From Chiloscyllium plagiosum (lineage: Eukaryota): a stretch of DNA of 64,000 nucleotides. The position numbers and the translations under genes are program-made. Below, in pieces: positions 50,806-63,300 of this stretch (within the stretch, counting starts at the first letter, position 1; each line of letters opens with the position of its first letter). Under the pieces are notes generated by a model. The model was not told the DNA's origin and searched no databases. It saw only the letters and a list, made by a program, of their open reading frames with translations. The DNA is taken from NCBI RefSeq assembly GCF_004010195.1, contig NC_057754.1, forward strand, positions 4,177,937 to 4,241,936, written 5' to 3'.

Positions 50806-51674
50806 AAAGTACATCCAAAGAAAGAGGAGTTTAGAATAACAACTGTATTGGAAAACTTAACAGAATATTAATATGCCAACATATAAATACACCCTTGACA
50901 AAAAATGGGAAAATTCAGATACAGATTCTCATATGCAGTTCTCCAACCAGGAGGAAAAATATGAGTAGATTCAGAGAGAGTAGCAGCCAAGAGACATTCA
51001 CTGAAGCTTCCAACTCTGTTGAGACCCCAATAGCTTCTTATGGTTCTGATAAAACTGAAACCCAGAAATCTAGATTTGAGAGAGCTGGCCACACCCATTC
51101 AGATTGTTAAACAAAATCCTCTAGTGGCCTTATTCTAGTGGGATTAACTAGCCAGCTCAGTACCTCTTGTTCAATCTCTCTCTTAAAAGAAACCTGGATG
51201 AAATAAACTCTTAAAGCTATAGCATTGTCACAAGCCAGAGATAAATCAAATTCAGCGCAAGTGTAAGGTTCACATGGAGCTGAGGTCACCACCAGGTCAG
51301 CCATGGGATCTTACTGAAGGACTAAAATAATGCACTTGGAAATCAGAAATGAGCCATTTAAGGTTGAGATCAGGAAGTACAGTTTTCACTCAAAGGGGTG
51401 GTTGAAATTTACAAGACTTGTCCACAAAAGGCCATCAGTTTGTATCATCCTGCTCAGGCATGCCGTGACACACCTCTGAGCCAAGTAGGACTTGAACTTG
51501 GATCTTCTGCCTCAGAGGTACGGACACCTACCACTGCCCCATGAAGGCACTTACCCCATCCCACCCCCACAACAGATGGTGGGGATCAATTGAACATGTC
51601 AAGATTGATAGACTTTTGTTGGGTAAGTATATTAAGAGATATGGAGTCTAGATGTGTAGATTGAGCTGAGATAA

Positions 51675-52110
51675 ATGATTTGGATGAGAGTATAGAAGGA
51701 ATGGTTAGTAAGTTTGCGGACGACATCAAAATTAGTGGCATTGCAGACAGTGAAGAAGGTTTTCTAAGATTACAAAGGGACCTTGATCAAATGGGTCAAC
51801 GGACTGAAAAGTGGCAGATGGAGTTCAATCTGGATAAATGTGAGGTATTGCATTTTGGTACAACAAATGGCACAGGACTTGTACAGTGTTGTATAACTTG
51901 GGCAGTGTTGTAGAACAGAGGGAACCTAGGGTTCTGTATATAACTTTTTGAAGTTGGCATCACACATAGACAGGGGGGGTTAAGAAGGTGTTTAGCATGC
52001 TTGCCCTCATTGCTCAGGTTTGAGTATAGGTGCTGGGACATCATGCTGTGGTTGTACAGAGTGTTGGTGAGGCCTCTTCTGGAGTACTGTGTCCAGTTAT
52101 AGTCTCCTCC
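51675..52110 (+). mobile_element. CR1 RT fragment
   Basis: VSKFADDIKISGIADSEEGFLRLQRDLDQM. Confidence 0.8.
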
Positions 52111-52790
52111 CTTAAAATAGAGACACATTGTGCTCATCTGAGGGGCAAACAGGGCCTCAGAATGACATCTCCTCTAAAAGACGGCAGTGCCAACAGTGCA
52201 GCCCTCCCTCAGCGCTGGTCTCTTCTGAACCCTCTCCAGCTTAATAATATCCTTCCAGCTTCTTAAGATCAAGTCCCACTCCCAGAAACCGGAGCACAAA
52301 ACGCAGACTAACTCATCAGGTGCTGGTGCTGAAGGAGGGCTGCACTGTTGGCGGTGCAGAGGACATGACAATCTGTTTGCACCTCAGATGAGCACAAAGG
52401 GTTCCTATTTTAAGAAAAACAGGGTAGCTCTCCTCCGTCAATAAGCAATGATGCACAAACTCAGGTTGCTAGACTGTGTGTAAAATTGGTCGCCAAGGTT
52501 CCTGGCTGCCCTTCAAAAATTCGGCGTCTGCTGTGGGATGGTCTGAAAAGTCAGAAGAAGTGCAATTCTTTCTTACGTCCTTATTAACCGAGTTGCAAAG
52601 GAAGGAGATTTGCCTAGTGCCCATGGAAGAGGTGGGATAGAGTGCCAATGAACTCCTCCAACCCCATCCCCGGCTCTCTCTCTCTCTCTCTCTCCAGCCA
52701 GAGCCTCACATGCAAAGAGTGGAAGAGCCTCACATTTGCTTATCCCGATATTTGTTGGAATTAGATGAGAGAACGCCCTGAATCTCTTAC

Positions 52791-52958
52791 CTGTGCTGTG
52801 CACAGGGCAGGGATAGATCTCACAGTGGTCGCCCCAACCTGCCCCTAGGGAGCAGCAGCACTCCTCCTTTGTGATGTTGGTTGCAAGGACGCTGTCGCAG
52901 AAGATCGTGTCATCGAGGCTGAGGTAACACTCCTTCTTGTCTTCGGGCCTCTCGGGCT
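52791..52958 (-). CDS. LTBP3: LTBP3 exon (TGF-beta-binding 8-Cys/TB domain)
   Basis: tcgcag|..|[62 protein letters not shown]. Confidence 0.96.
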
Positions 52959-53228
52959 CTGCGAGTGGACACAGGAAACTCCAGATGTTAAAAAAAACAC
53001 AATTAAATACACCGCTAACTGACCTATTTTGTAACAATTCTGAACTATCTTCCCCCTTTCCTTAGGAGTAACTGCTTCACAACTCCAGTTTCAGCCAATT
53101 GTCCTGCAAAATCGCCCCAAACTCAAATGGTTTTCCTGAGAGATGTTTACCCTAATCCCTCAAAAAATCCAGAGTCTTCTACCTGAAGCTATAATGCACT
53201 GCAAAATTTACTTAGCACGCTCATAGAT

Positions 53229-53321
53229 TCCTGATGAAGGGCTTTTGCCCGAAACATTGATTTTCCTGCTCTTCGGATGCTACATGACCTGCTGTGCTTT
53301 TCCAGCACCACTCTGATCTGT
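53229..53321 (+). mobile_element. 93-bp PLE 3'-end insertion starting at a CpG-decayed hammerhead motif, 10-bp TSD
   Basis: TSD gctcatagat at 53219-53228 and 53322-53331; CTGATGA-a-gggc-tttt-gccc-GAAA. Confidence 0.7.
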
Positions 53322-53477
53322 GCTCATAGATCTCCCTGTGTAAATAAATTCCCATTAGTCTTCAAAACTATCTATCTCAAACAGTTTTAAAAATACATCA
53401 CCATGGATACAAAAAATACTTACAAGTTAATCATTAAACCCCTTAAGGCACAGAGAAAACTCATATACCACTAGTTA

Positions 53478-54210
53478 TAGAGTCATAGAAATGTACAACA
53501 AGGAAACAGGTCCTTCAGTGCAACTCATCCAAGCCGATCAGATATCCTGGATAAATCTAGTCCCATTTGCCAGCATTTGGGCCATATTCCTCTAAACCTT
53601 CCCTATTCATAATCCCATCCAGATATCTTTTAAATGTTGTAATTGTACCAGCCTCCACCACTTCCTCTGGTAGCTCATTCCATACACACACCACCCTCTG
53701 CATGAAAATGTTGCCCCTCAGATCCTTTTAAATTTTTCCCCTCTCACCTTAAACCTATGTCCTCTAGTTTTGGACTCCCCCACCCCAAGGAAAAGACTTT
53801 GTCTATTCACCCTATCCATGCCCCTCATGATTTTATAAACCTCTGTAAGGTCACGCCTCAGCCTCTGACGCTCCAGGGAAAACAGCCCCAGCCCATTCAG
53901 CCTCTCCCAATAGCTCAAACCCTCCAACCCTGGCAACATCCTTGTAAATCTTTTCTGCACCTTTTCAAGTTTCACAACATCCTTCCAATTGCAGGGAGAC
54001 CAGAACTGAACACAGTATTCCAAAAGTGGCCTAACCAATATCCTATACAGCTGCAACATGACCTCCCAACTCCTATACTCAATGCGCTGACCAATAAAGT
54101 GTACCAAATGCCCTCTTCACTATCCTATCTACCTCCAACTCCACATTCAAGGAACTATGAACCTGCACTCCAAGGTCTGTTTGTTCAGCAACACTCCTAG
54201 GGACCTTCCA
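53478..54210 (-). mobile_element. CR1 LINE 3' part
   Basis: ORF 53718-54107 is a typical CR1 C-terminus. Confidence 0.85.
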
Positions 54211-54648
54211 AATTCAAAAAGTTAAGATTAGATTCCCTACAGTGTGGAAACAGGCCCTTTGGCTCAACAAGAGCACACCACCCTCCGAAGAGTAACCCAC
54301 CCAGACCCAGTTCCCTCTGAATAATGCACCTAACACTATGGGCAATTTAACATGGCCAATCCACCGGACCTGCACATCTTTGGATTGTGGGAGGAAACCA
54401 GACCACTGAGAGGAAACCCATGAAAACACGGGGAGAATGTGCAAACTCCACAGAGAGAGTTGCCTGAGGCTGGAATTGAACCCGGGTCCCTGGCACTGTG
54501 AGGCTGCAGTGCTAACCACTGAGCCACTGTGCTGCCCCCTAATTCAAAAATAAATGACATTGAAATGTATATAAGTCACACTTACATGACACTTACTAAT
54601 GCCTTTTCTCCCTTGACACATTCAGTTGCCACCATTGTCCATACCTAC

Positions 54649-54777
54649 CTTCGCAAGTGTATGTGTCCAGCGACAGGATGAAGCCAGTGTCACAAACGCA
54701 GGAGAATGAGCCCTCTGTGTTCTGACAGGCGCCGTTCGGCATGCATAGCGAGCGGTTCAAGGCACACTCATCGATAT
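54649..54777 (-). CDS. LTBP3: LTBP3 exon (cbEGF)
   Basis: acacag|..|GTAGGT; DIDECALNRSLCMPNGACQNTEGSFSCVCDTGFILSLDTYTCE. Confidence 0.94.
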
Positions 54778-55064
54778 CTGTGTACATCAGAGTAAGACTC
54801 AACTCAGGAGAAACATCATTGCCCAGAGCACAGTGAGAATGGTGAAATCAGTACCACAGGGAGGCGTGCCCCTAATGATTGGGATAAGGTGTGTTGCTAA
54901 ATTCACAGATAGATTGGAAAGCAGGTTGTGAAGAAGACAAGGATTTTGAATATAAACGTAGATTAATCGAGTGAGTGTGTGTAAAATCTGGCAGGTGGAG
55001 CATAACGTGGGCAGATGGGGCAGGCACGGGAGATATGTATCTGCTTTTGGAAAAGCCCAAATGG

Positions 55065-55410
55065 TGAGTATTACAGTTTGGGATATATCAGAGCGACACA
55101 TTGAAGGGTGTGGGGTATATCAGAGAGTGTTACAGTGAGGGGTGTGGGATATATCAGAGTGTTACAGTGAGGGGCATGGGGTATATCAGAGAGTGTTACA
55201 AAGAGGGGTGTGGAGTATATCAGAGAGTGTCACACTGAAGGGTGTGGGGTATATCGGAGAGTGTCACACTGAGGGGCGTGGGGTATATCAGAGAGTGTTA
55301 CAGTGAGGGGTGTGGGGTATATCAGAGAGAGTTACAGTGAGGGATGTGGTGCATATCAGAGAGAGTTAAAGTGAAGGATGCAGTGTGTATCAGTGTGTTT
55401 ACAGTGAGGA
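55065..55410. repeat. 34-bp G-rich minisatellite, about 10 copies, next to gap 55472-55971
   Basis: Unit ggggtgtggggtatatcagagagtgttacagtga. Confidence 0.9.
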
Positions 55411-56805
55411 TTGCGGAGTATAGTCATAGGGTCATGCAGCACAGAAACAGGCCATTCAGCCCACTATATCTNNNNNNNNNNNNNNNNNNNNNNNNNNNNN
55501 NNNNNNNNNNNNNNNNNNNNNNNNNNNNNNNNNNNNNNNNNNNNNNNNNNNNNNNNNNNNNNNNNNNNNNNNNNNNNNNNNNNNNNNNNNNNNNNNNNNN
55601 NNNNNNNNNNNNNNNNNNNNNNNNNNNNNNNNNNNNNNNNNNNNNNNNNNNNNNNNNNNNNNNNNNNNNNNNNNNNNNNNNNNNNNNNNNNNNNNNNNNN
55701 NNNNNNNNNNNNNNNNNNNNNNNNNNNNNNNNNNNNNNNNNNNNNNNNNNNNNNNNNNNNNNNNNNNNNNNNNNNNNNNNNNNNNNNNNNNNNNNNNNNN
55801 NNNNNNNNNNNNNNNNNNNNNNNNNNNNNNNNNNNNNNNNNNNNNNNNNNNNNNNNNNNNNNNNNNNNNNNNNNNNNNNNNNNNNNNNNNNNNNNNNNNN
55901 NNNNNNNNNNNNNNNNNNNNNNNNNNNNNNNNNNNNNNNNNNNNNNNNNNNNNNNNNNNNNNNNNNNNNNNCGGTTATAATCTCTGCCAACCACTTCCAT
56001 CAGGCAGGAGATACAAAAGCTTAAACACACCTACCAACAGATTCAAGAACAGCTTCTTCCCTGCTAGTATTAGACTTTTGAATGGATCTCTCAACTATAA
56101 TGTTGATCGTACTCTCTGTGCACCTTCTCTGCAGCCATAACATGATATTCCCCGCTCTGTTCTATTACCCTAATGCACTTTATATGGTACGAATCATAGA
56201 ATTCCTACAGCGTGGAAGCAGCCCATTCAGCCCACTGAGTCCACACTGACCCTCTCAAGAGCATCCCACCTGACCCTATCTCTGTAACCCTGCATTTCCC
56301 ATGGCTAATCCACCTAGCCTGCACACTATGGGGCAATCTAGCACGGCCAATCCACCCTAAACTGCACGTCTTTGGACTATGGGAGGAAACTGGAGCACCC
56401 GGAGGAAATCCACGCAGACAGGAAGAGTGTGCAAACTCCATTCAGAAAGTTACCCGAGGGTGGAATCGAACCCAGGTCCCTGGCGCTGTGAGGCAGCGGT
56501 GCTAACCACTGAGCCACTGTGCTGCCCCTTAGACTTCTGAATGGACCTTTCAAACTTTAAAGCTAATGTTGATCTCGCTTTTTGTGCACCGTCTCTGCAA
56601 CTGTATTCCTCGCTCTGTTCTATCATCCTGATACAATTTCTATGGTACGATCTGTTTGTATTGCATGCAAAATAAAACTTTTCACTGTACCTCGGTACAG
56701 GTGACAATAATAAATTTTTAAAAATGAGGGATATGGAGGCAGAAGTTCCGGGAACCCTTGGTAGCTGCTTGCTCATGTTGAACTGCTCTAGCCCTCAACT
56801 ATTAC

Positions 56806-56928
56806 CTTTACACCTTGTGTCATCAAACAGTTGGAAACCCAGATGACATTGGCACGTATAGGATCCTGGCATGTTGACACACTCTCCATTGTTGCAGACC
56901 CCTGCTACCTCCAAGCACTCGTTGATAT
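56806..56928 (-). CDS. LTBP3: LTBP3 exon (cbEGF)
   Basis: acacag|..|GTAATA; DINECLEVAGVCNNGECVNMPGSYTCQCHLGFQLFDDTRCK. Confidence 0.94.
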
Positions 56929-57246
56929 CTGTGTGAGAGGGCAAAACATGAGAAATGAAAACTAAAAGAACTGCGGATGCTGTAAAGCAGAAACAAACAC
57001 AGAAATTGCTGGAAGAGCTCAGCAGGTCTGGCAGCATGTGTGAAGAGAAGTCAGGGTTAATGTTTCGGGTCCAGTGACCCTTCCGGTCAGCAGAGATAGA
57101 GAAGAAATTATTTATTCCCTGATTCTCTGTAGTGAAGGATACGAGGACAGGAAAGTATAAGCTTTTATTTGCAGAGATATAAATTACAAGCTTCTAGCTG
57201 TTTCTGGTTATAGAAGCAAAATTGAATCCCACAGTTAATGCTCACC

Positions 57247-57710
57247 ATAGAGTCATACAGCACGGAAACAGACCCTTCGGTCCAACTAGTCCATACCAAC
57301 CACGTTCCCAAACTAAAGTAGTCCCACTTGCTTGCATTTGGTCCATATCCCTCCAAACAAACAAGGAACGGGAACATAACAGCACAGAAACAGGCCCTTC
57401 GGCCCTCCAAGCCTGCACTGACACATTTTGCCCCTCCATACTAAAACTAAAACCGCTCCTATTCATGTACTCATCCAAATGTCTTTTAAACAGTGTAACT
57501 GTAGCTACAACCACCACTTCATGTGGAAGTTCATTCCACATGTGAACTCCTGTCCTTGTAAAAAAAAATTGCCCTTGTACCTTTTTTAAAATCTTTCTAC
57601 TCTCACCTTAGAAATATGCCCCCTACTTTTGAACTCCCCCACCCTAGGGAAAAGACCTTTGCTATCACCATATCCATACCCCTCATGATTTTATAAACTT
57701 CCATAAAAAG
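57247..57710 (-). mobile_element. CR1 3' fragments (nested)
   Basis: WNELPHEVVVVATVTLFKRHLDEYMN and CR1 tails. Confidence 0.75.
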
Positions 57711-58237
57711 GTGCTTACAATTAAATTGTGATGAGGATTGGGGGAGGCTAACACAGAGGAAATTAGAATAATTGAATTCCTACAATTCAATTATATAGGC
57801 CACTCAGCCCATTGGGTCAGCACCAACCCTCCCACCCAGACCCCTACCCTATCCTTGCAATGGATACCCATGGCTAACCCACCTAGCCTGCACATCCCAG
57901 GACAATTTAGCATAGCCAATTCACATAACCTGCACATCTTTGGACTGTGGGAGGAAACTAGAGCACTCAAAGGAAACCCACACAGACATGGGGAGAGCGT
58001 GCAAACCTCTACACAGACATCGCCCGAGGGTGAAATTGAACCCTGGTGCTGTGAGGCAGCAGTGCTAACAACTGAGCTACCGTACAGCCCAAAGTAAGCA
58101 CACAATTCATGTACAAATTAACAACCTAACTTGCCACACCTCTCCTCCTACACTCTGCCCATCCATTTAATTCTGTCTCGCAGCCAGTGTGCAATTCACC
58201 CAGAAATTAAACAAAAACTGAAGTGGAGGCAAGTTAC

Positions 58238-58360
58238 CTTCGCAGGAAGTCTGATGGTTAGACAGGCGATAGCCAGGGCGACAGCGACATTGGAAGGACC
58301 CCTCTGTGTTCAAGCAGCGGCCATTGGCGCAGAGCTGCCCATCACTGCACTCATTAATGT
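58238..58360 (-). CDS. LTBP3: LTBP3 exon (cbEGF), most 5' LTBP3 exon found in the window
   Basis: ttttag|..|GTAACT; DINECSDGQLCANGRCLNTEGSFQCRCRPGYRLSNHQTSCE. Confidence 0.94.
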
Positions 58361-59052
58361 CTAAAACAAGGTGAACAAAACAAATCAGGACTGGGATGGA
58401 GAATGAAAACAAAGTGGGAACAATGCTGGACACAGAGCGTGTCTGTTACTGGAAGGGAAAGGCCTCAGAGTGAAGCCAAATACTGAAGGGACCAAACACA
58501 GGCCCCACAGTGAGATGTTTGAGAGATTTACAGAATGGAAGACTGGTGGGGTACTGCAGAAATAATCCCTGGTGGACTCGACATGTTCATCTTCCATATT
58601 GCCCTTGACAATCTGATTTGTCCAGTCAAGGTGAAGATCAAAGCAACCCATGATAATTCTAGTGCCCTTTTAATACACCTCCATTATTCCACACTTACAC
58701 GTTGCGAGGAAACTCTTTGGCCTATAAGTGGCTACCAGCTGTGACTCATTTACTTTGCTCTTCCTTATTTGTAACCAAAGTATAAGACCATAAGATATAG
58801 GAGCAGATGTAGGTTAATCAGCCATCGAGTCTTCTCCATTTGATGAGATCATATGTGCTCTGTTAATCCTTAATTCTACTTTCTTGCCTTTTCCCCATCC
58901 TAATACTATCCCATTCCGTTCTAACTTCATGTCACAATCTCCTACACCCATGTCACTACTCACCGCTGTACCAATAGCATCCTTCATTAACTAAACCACC
59001 CTATCTCCTTTACCTTTTTGCCTGTTCCTCTAGTGCATCAAATATCCTTGAA

Positions 59053-59187
59053 CATATCCAAACATATAAATAGAAAGCAGGAATCAGCAGCAGTGCTTCA
59101 CCTGGAGGTCCACTGAAGATGTTACCTAGTAGGGTGACGAAACGTCTGGAAATGAACCTTCCAGCGCAGCAAGCAAACCTACATTTA
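59053..59187 (+). mobile_element. 135-bp PLE-derived insertion with 13-bp TSD
   Basis: TSD aaatatccttgaa at 59040-59052 and 59188-59200. Confidence 0.75.
59109..59150 (+). ncRNA. Minimal type-I hammerhead ribozyme motif (best-preserved copy)
   Basis: Stem I tcca/tgga, CTGAAGA 59113-59119, stem II gttacc/ggtgac, GAAA 59139-59142, palindromic ACGT, GTC cleavage triplet ending 59146. Confidence 0.75.
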
Positions 59188-59459
59188 AAATATCCTTGAA
59201 TATTGAGTTTCCCAGAATTGGTAACCCCTAAACCCCTGTAATAGCTACTATCAGGTATTATTAACTTATTTCTGTTTGTACTATCTATCTTGGAAGAAAT
59301 GTGCGTGCTTACAGACAAAAGAGCTTCAGCTTTGCATCTTTCTGTTTCTGCGTACTTTGGCTGTAATATCCGTTGCATTCCCCTGTGCTGTAACTAACTC
59401 CTTTTCCTGTCTAATTCTACGGGCTTGAGATCTAGTCACAACACAGTCAATAAATAATC

Positions 59460-60270
59460 CAAATGCTCTAGAATGTAACATCAGTTTCTTTTACCTCCAC
59501 TTATTTTTATGCCACCTACTGAGACTGAGTTTTGAACCAGCAAGACCAGTTCCACAAATAAACTCAATTCCTTTTATAAGGGTTTGTTTCACTGTTCCGG
59601 CTACAACCTCTCTAAAGAGTGTTTGCTGTGTCACTCTTTAGTCCAACTCTGCACAATAGGATTGATTTGTAATCTCCAAATATACCTCCAATTATTACAG
59701 TATATTCTCCTCCTGGAAGATAGAGAATTACCAGTCAGCATTCGTGACTAACCTGCTCCAGTGTTCCTCAATAACTTTATTGGTGTATTTCTCCAAACAC
59801 TTCTCCTCTTGAAATAAATTATTCTGAACCTCTAGCGATCTGACTCTAATGAACCGAGGAAGGATTTTCTTTACTGTCCTGAGAAATTTCTCCTTTTTCA
59901 GAAGATTATATGTTCTCTTTGTAAAACAACTGCAGTTTCAATACCCATTTCCTTTCCTCGTGTCCTCTTTTCTGAGGATTCCTTGAACTTTGTTGCAAAT
60001 GCAACTGTTGTCCCATTGAGCACCTAGCAATTGGCTTTGGTACGTCCGGTCTCATTGCAATGGAAACATTATATTTTTTTTGTTTCTAGCCTTTTTGCTT
60101 TATTGACTAAAGCCCATTTTTTATTGACTAAAACTAGCACCTGTTCCACCTCCAGGTTTTCTATTTGTTCAATCTCCTTGTGGACTCCCAAATGATTACC
60201 TCCCTGCCTGTTACTGTCTGGGTTGAATATCGAAGGTTTCTGCATCTTAGACACTTAATGCTCAACTAAA
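59460..60270 (-). mobile_element. Decayed Gypsy-type gag-protease relic
   Basis: Zn-knuckle-like CFHCNETGRTKANC (60068-60027) followed by protease-like PIKLLRNTGAG (59783-59751). Confidence 0.6.
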
Positions 60271-60399
60271 TAATGTTTAAGGTTTGCAGGAATGCTATTT
60301 CTGAATTATTCGATAATTATGATAAGTGCTTGCTTCGAGTGGAATGGGGATCAAGAGTTTAGCAAAACAGGCAGATGAGGAACGGGTGACAAATATTTT

Positions 60400-63300
60400 T
60401 TAAAAATAGTTAGCTATTCACAAGGATTCCAGGAAGGAGAGAAACCAAACCAAGGAAATTAAGGATGGTATCAGTTGAAAGGACAAAGATTAGGGGTAAT
60501 GCAGAGGATTGGGCAAGTTTCGAAACCAACAAAAGATGCTGATAAAAAAGACCTTTGAGGGCAAATGAAGAAGTAATGTCAATATGGACATCCAGACCTC
60601 CTTCATATATACACACAGGGAGAGAGAGGTTTCAGTGGGCAAAGGCCCTTTGGAGTATGAGGTGCAGTAAATAGCAATACAGAACCTGAAGATGGCAGAG
60701 GAGTTGAATAAACATTTTTCATCACAGTGGAAGACACTAATAACATTCCAAAAATACTAAATAATCAAGAGGCAAAAGTGGGACAGGAAATAAATGCAAT
60801 TTATTTGATTTGCATTGATCCTGCTAAGCTATATGGCTGTGCAACCATTCAGAGATCCTGTGCATGTCAAGACATTAGCACCCAGTTGCGGAAGTCATTG
60901 CTACACATCGATGTCCACACAGTGGGAACAGAGATTACAGTGAGCATAGATGAATATCACGAGAGAAAACATATTATGGAAACTAAAAGGGCTAGAGGCT
61001 GATAAGCCCTCGTTGGGTTGCATCCTAGGATATTAATGGAAATACCCACCAAAATAGTGAAGCTGCTGGTAGTAATGCCCCCATTCAATTCTGGGAAAAT
61101 CCCTTAGGATTTGAAAATGCTAATGTAATGCATCTATTGAAAAATGGAGCAAGACAGAAAACACAGATAATTATAGGCCAGTTTGATTCACACCTTTCCT
61201 GGGAAATGTTAGTATATATTATAAAAGATCCAAGAGCATTTATAAATACATAAAATAATCAAGCAGGATTAGCACAGCTTCATGAAGGGGGAATCATGCC
61301 TGACAAATTCATTAGAATTTTTTGAGGAGGCAACAAATAGGATAGATAAAGGAGAACCAATGGATGCAATATATTTGGATTTCCAAAAGGTGCTTGATAA
61401 GGTATTGTATTTTAAACTCAGAGCTTATGGTGTTGGGGCTATTATATAAGCATGGAAGGATCAGCTAACAAATAGAAGACAAGATTTGGGATAAGTGGGA
61501 GCATTGTCAGGACGGCAATCTGTAATTAGTATGGTGCCACATGGCTACATTTATTTGCTTTCTATTTACATTTGTGACTTGGATAAGGAAAATTAATGGA
61601 GCAAGTTTGCAGATGATACAAAAATAGGTGAGAAGACAGTTGATGAGGCTAACACAGAGTCAATGGAAGGATGTAGATGGGTTAAGGGAGTGGGCAAGAT
61701 CTTGGAAGATGCAGATAATATGGGAAAATGTGAGGTTAAGCAGTCTGGCAGCAAGGATAGTGGAGTGAAGTTTTATTTAAATGGAGCAAGACTGCAGAAA
61801 GCTATAGCACATAAGGATATGGAAGTCCATGTGAGCCAGTCAGAAAAAAACTAGCATCCAAGTTCAGCAGGTAATAGGACAGACAAATGATTATTGGGCT
61901 TTATTTTAAAGAAAAAAAGCATATAAATAGGGAAGTTATATAGAAGGCGCTATTTAGACAGATCTAAAATACCATGAACAGTTTTGGTCCTATTAGCTAA
62001 GGTGGTAGTAGATGGAAAATATTCAACCTGGAGCTCAGTGACCAATGGTGTTCTGCAGTGATCTGTTCTGGGACCTCTGCTCTTTATGATTTTTATAAAT
62101 GACTTGGATGAGGAAGTGGAAGGGTGGGTTAGTAAGTTTGCCAATAACACAAAGGTTGGTGGAGTGGTAGATAGTGTGGAGGGCTGTTGTAGTCGCAACA
62201 GGACATTGACAGGACCCAGAGCTGGGCTGAGAAGTGGTAGATGGAGTTCAACTTGGAAAAGTGTGAAGTGATTCATTTTTAAAGGTCAAATTTGAATACA
62301 GATTACAGGGTTAAAGGCAGTGTGGAGGAACAGAAGGATCTTGGGGTCCACGTGCATAGATCCCTCAAAGTGTCAAGTTGATAGGGTTGTTAAGAAGGAG
62401 TATGGTATGTTGGCTTTCATTAGCAGGGGGATTGAGTTTAAGAGCCTTGAGGTTATACTGCAGCTCTATAAAGCCCTGGTTAGACCACACTTGGAATATT
62501 GTGTTCAGTTCTGGTCGTCTCATGATATGGAGGATGTGTAAGTATTAGAGAGGGTGCAGAGGAGATTTACCAGGATGCTGTCTGGACTGGAGGGGCATCT
62601 CTTATGAAGAAAAGTTGAGCGAGTTAGGGCTTTTCTCACTGGAGCAAAGAAAGATGAGAGGTGACTTGTTAGAGGTGTACAAGATGATGAGAGACTTAGA
62701 TAAAGTGGATAGCCAGAGACTCTTTCCCAGGGTGGTAATGGTTATCATGAGGGGGCATAATTTTAAGATGATTGGTGGAAGGTTTGAGGAGATGGAGAGG
62801 TAGGTTCTTTACACTGAGAGTGGTGGGTACATAGTATGCACTGCCAGCAGTGGTAGTACAGTCAGATAAATTCAGGACATTTAAGCCAATCTTGGATAGG
62901 CACATGGATGATAGTAAAATGAAGGATATGTAGGTTAGTTTGATCATAGTGTAGGATAAAAGGTTGGCACAACATTGAGGGCCGAAGGGCCTGTACTGTG
63001 CTGTACTGTTCTATCATCAGTGCTTGGGTCCCAGCTATTCACAATATACATTAACACACTAAACGAGGGATGCAAAACTTTGTCCTGAATTTTGCTGGTG
63101 CAGTAACTATAACAAGGTCAGCCAGGTGGACCTCACAGAATAGGAGTTCCCTGACTGGGGTCGTTAACCTGGTCCAATCAGGGAGCCATGGCTGACAAAG
63201 ATCAACAGGAGCGTTAGGGGGTAAACAAAACCAGATGTTGCTGGAAAAGCTCAGCCACGTCTGGCAGCATTTGTGAAAAGAAATCAGCATTTACATTTCG

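Larger units (their letters stand above)
49309..51232. mobile_element. Probable solo LTR hosting nested CR1, MITE and L1-tail insertions
   Basis: Starts TGTTAT and ends GTCACA; the sequence reads continuously once the inserts are removed; no clear TSD. Confidence 0.4.

Noticed and set aside
55065..55410. Regular 34-bp repeats resembling a CRISPR array
   Set aside because: No unique spacers and a eukaryotic context; it is a minisatellite
35864..58360. Assignment as LTBP1, LTBP2, LTBP4 or fibrillin
   Set aside because: [18 protein letters not shown], the acidic linker with CxC EGF and the short basic C-terminus match recalled LTBP3
59042..59200. Two ATATCCTT motifs resembling U12 donors
   Set aside because: They are the two copies of a TSD and lie antisense to LTBP3
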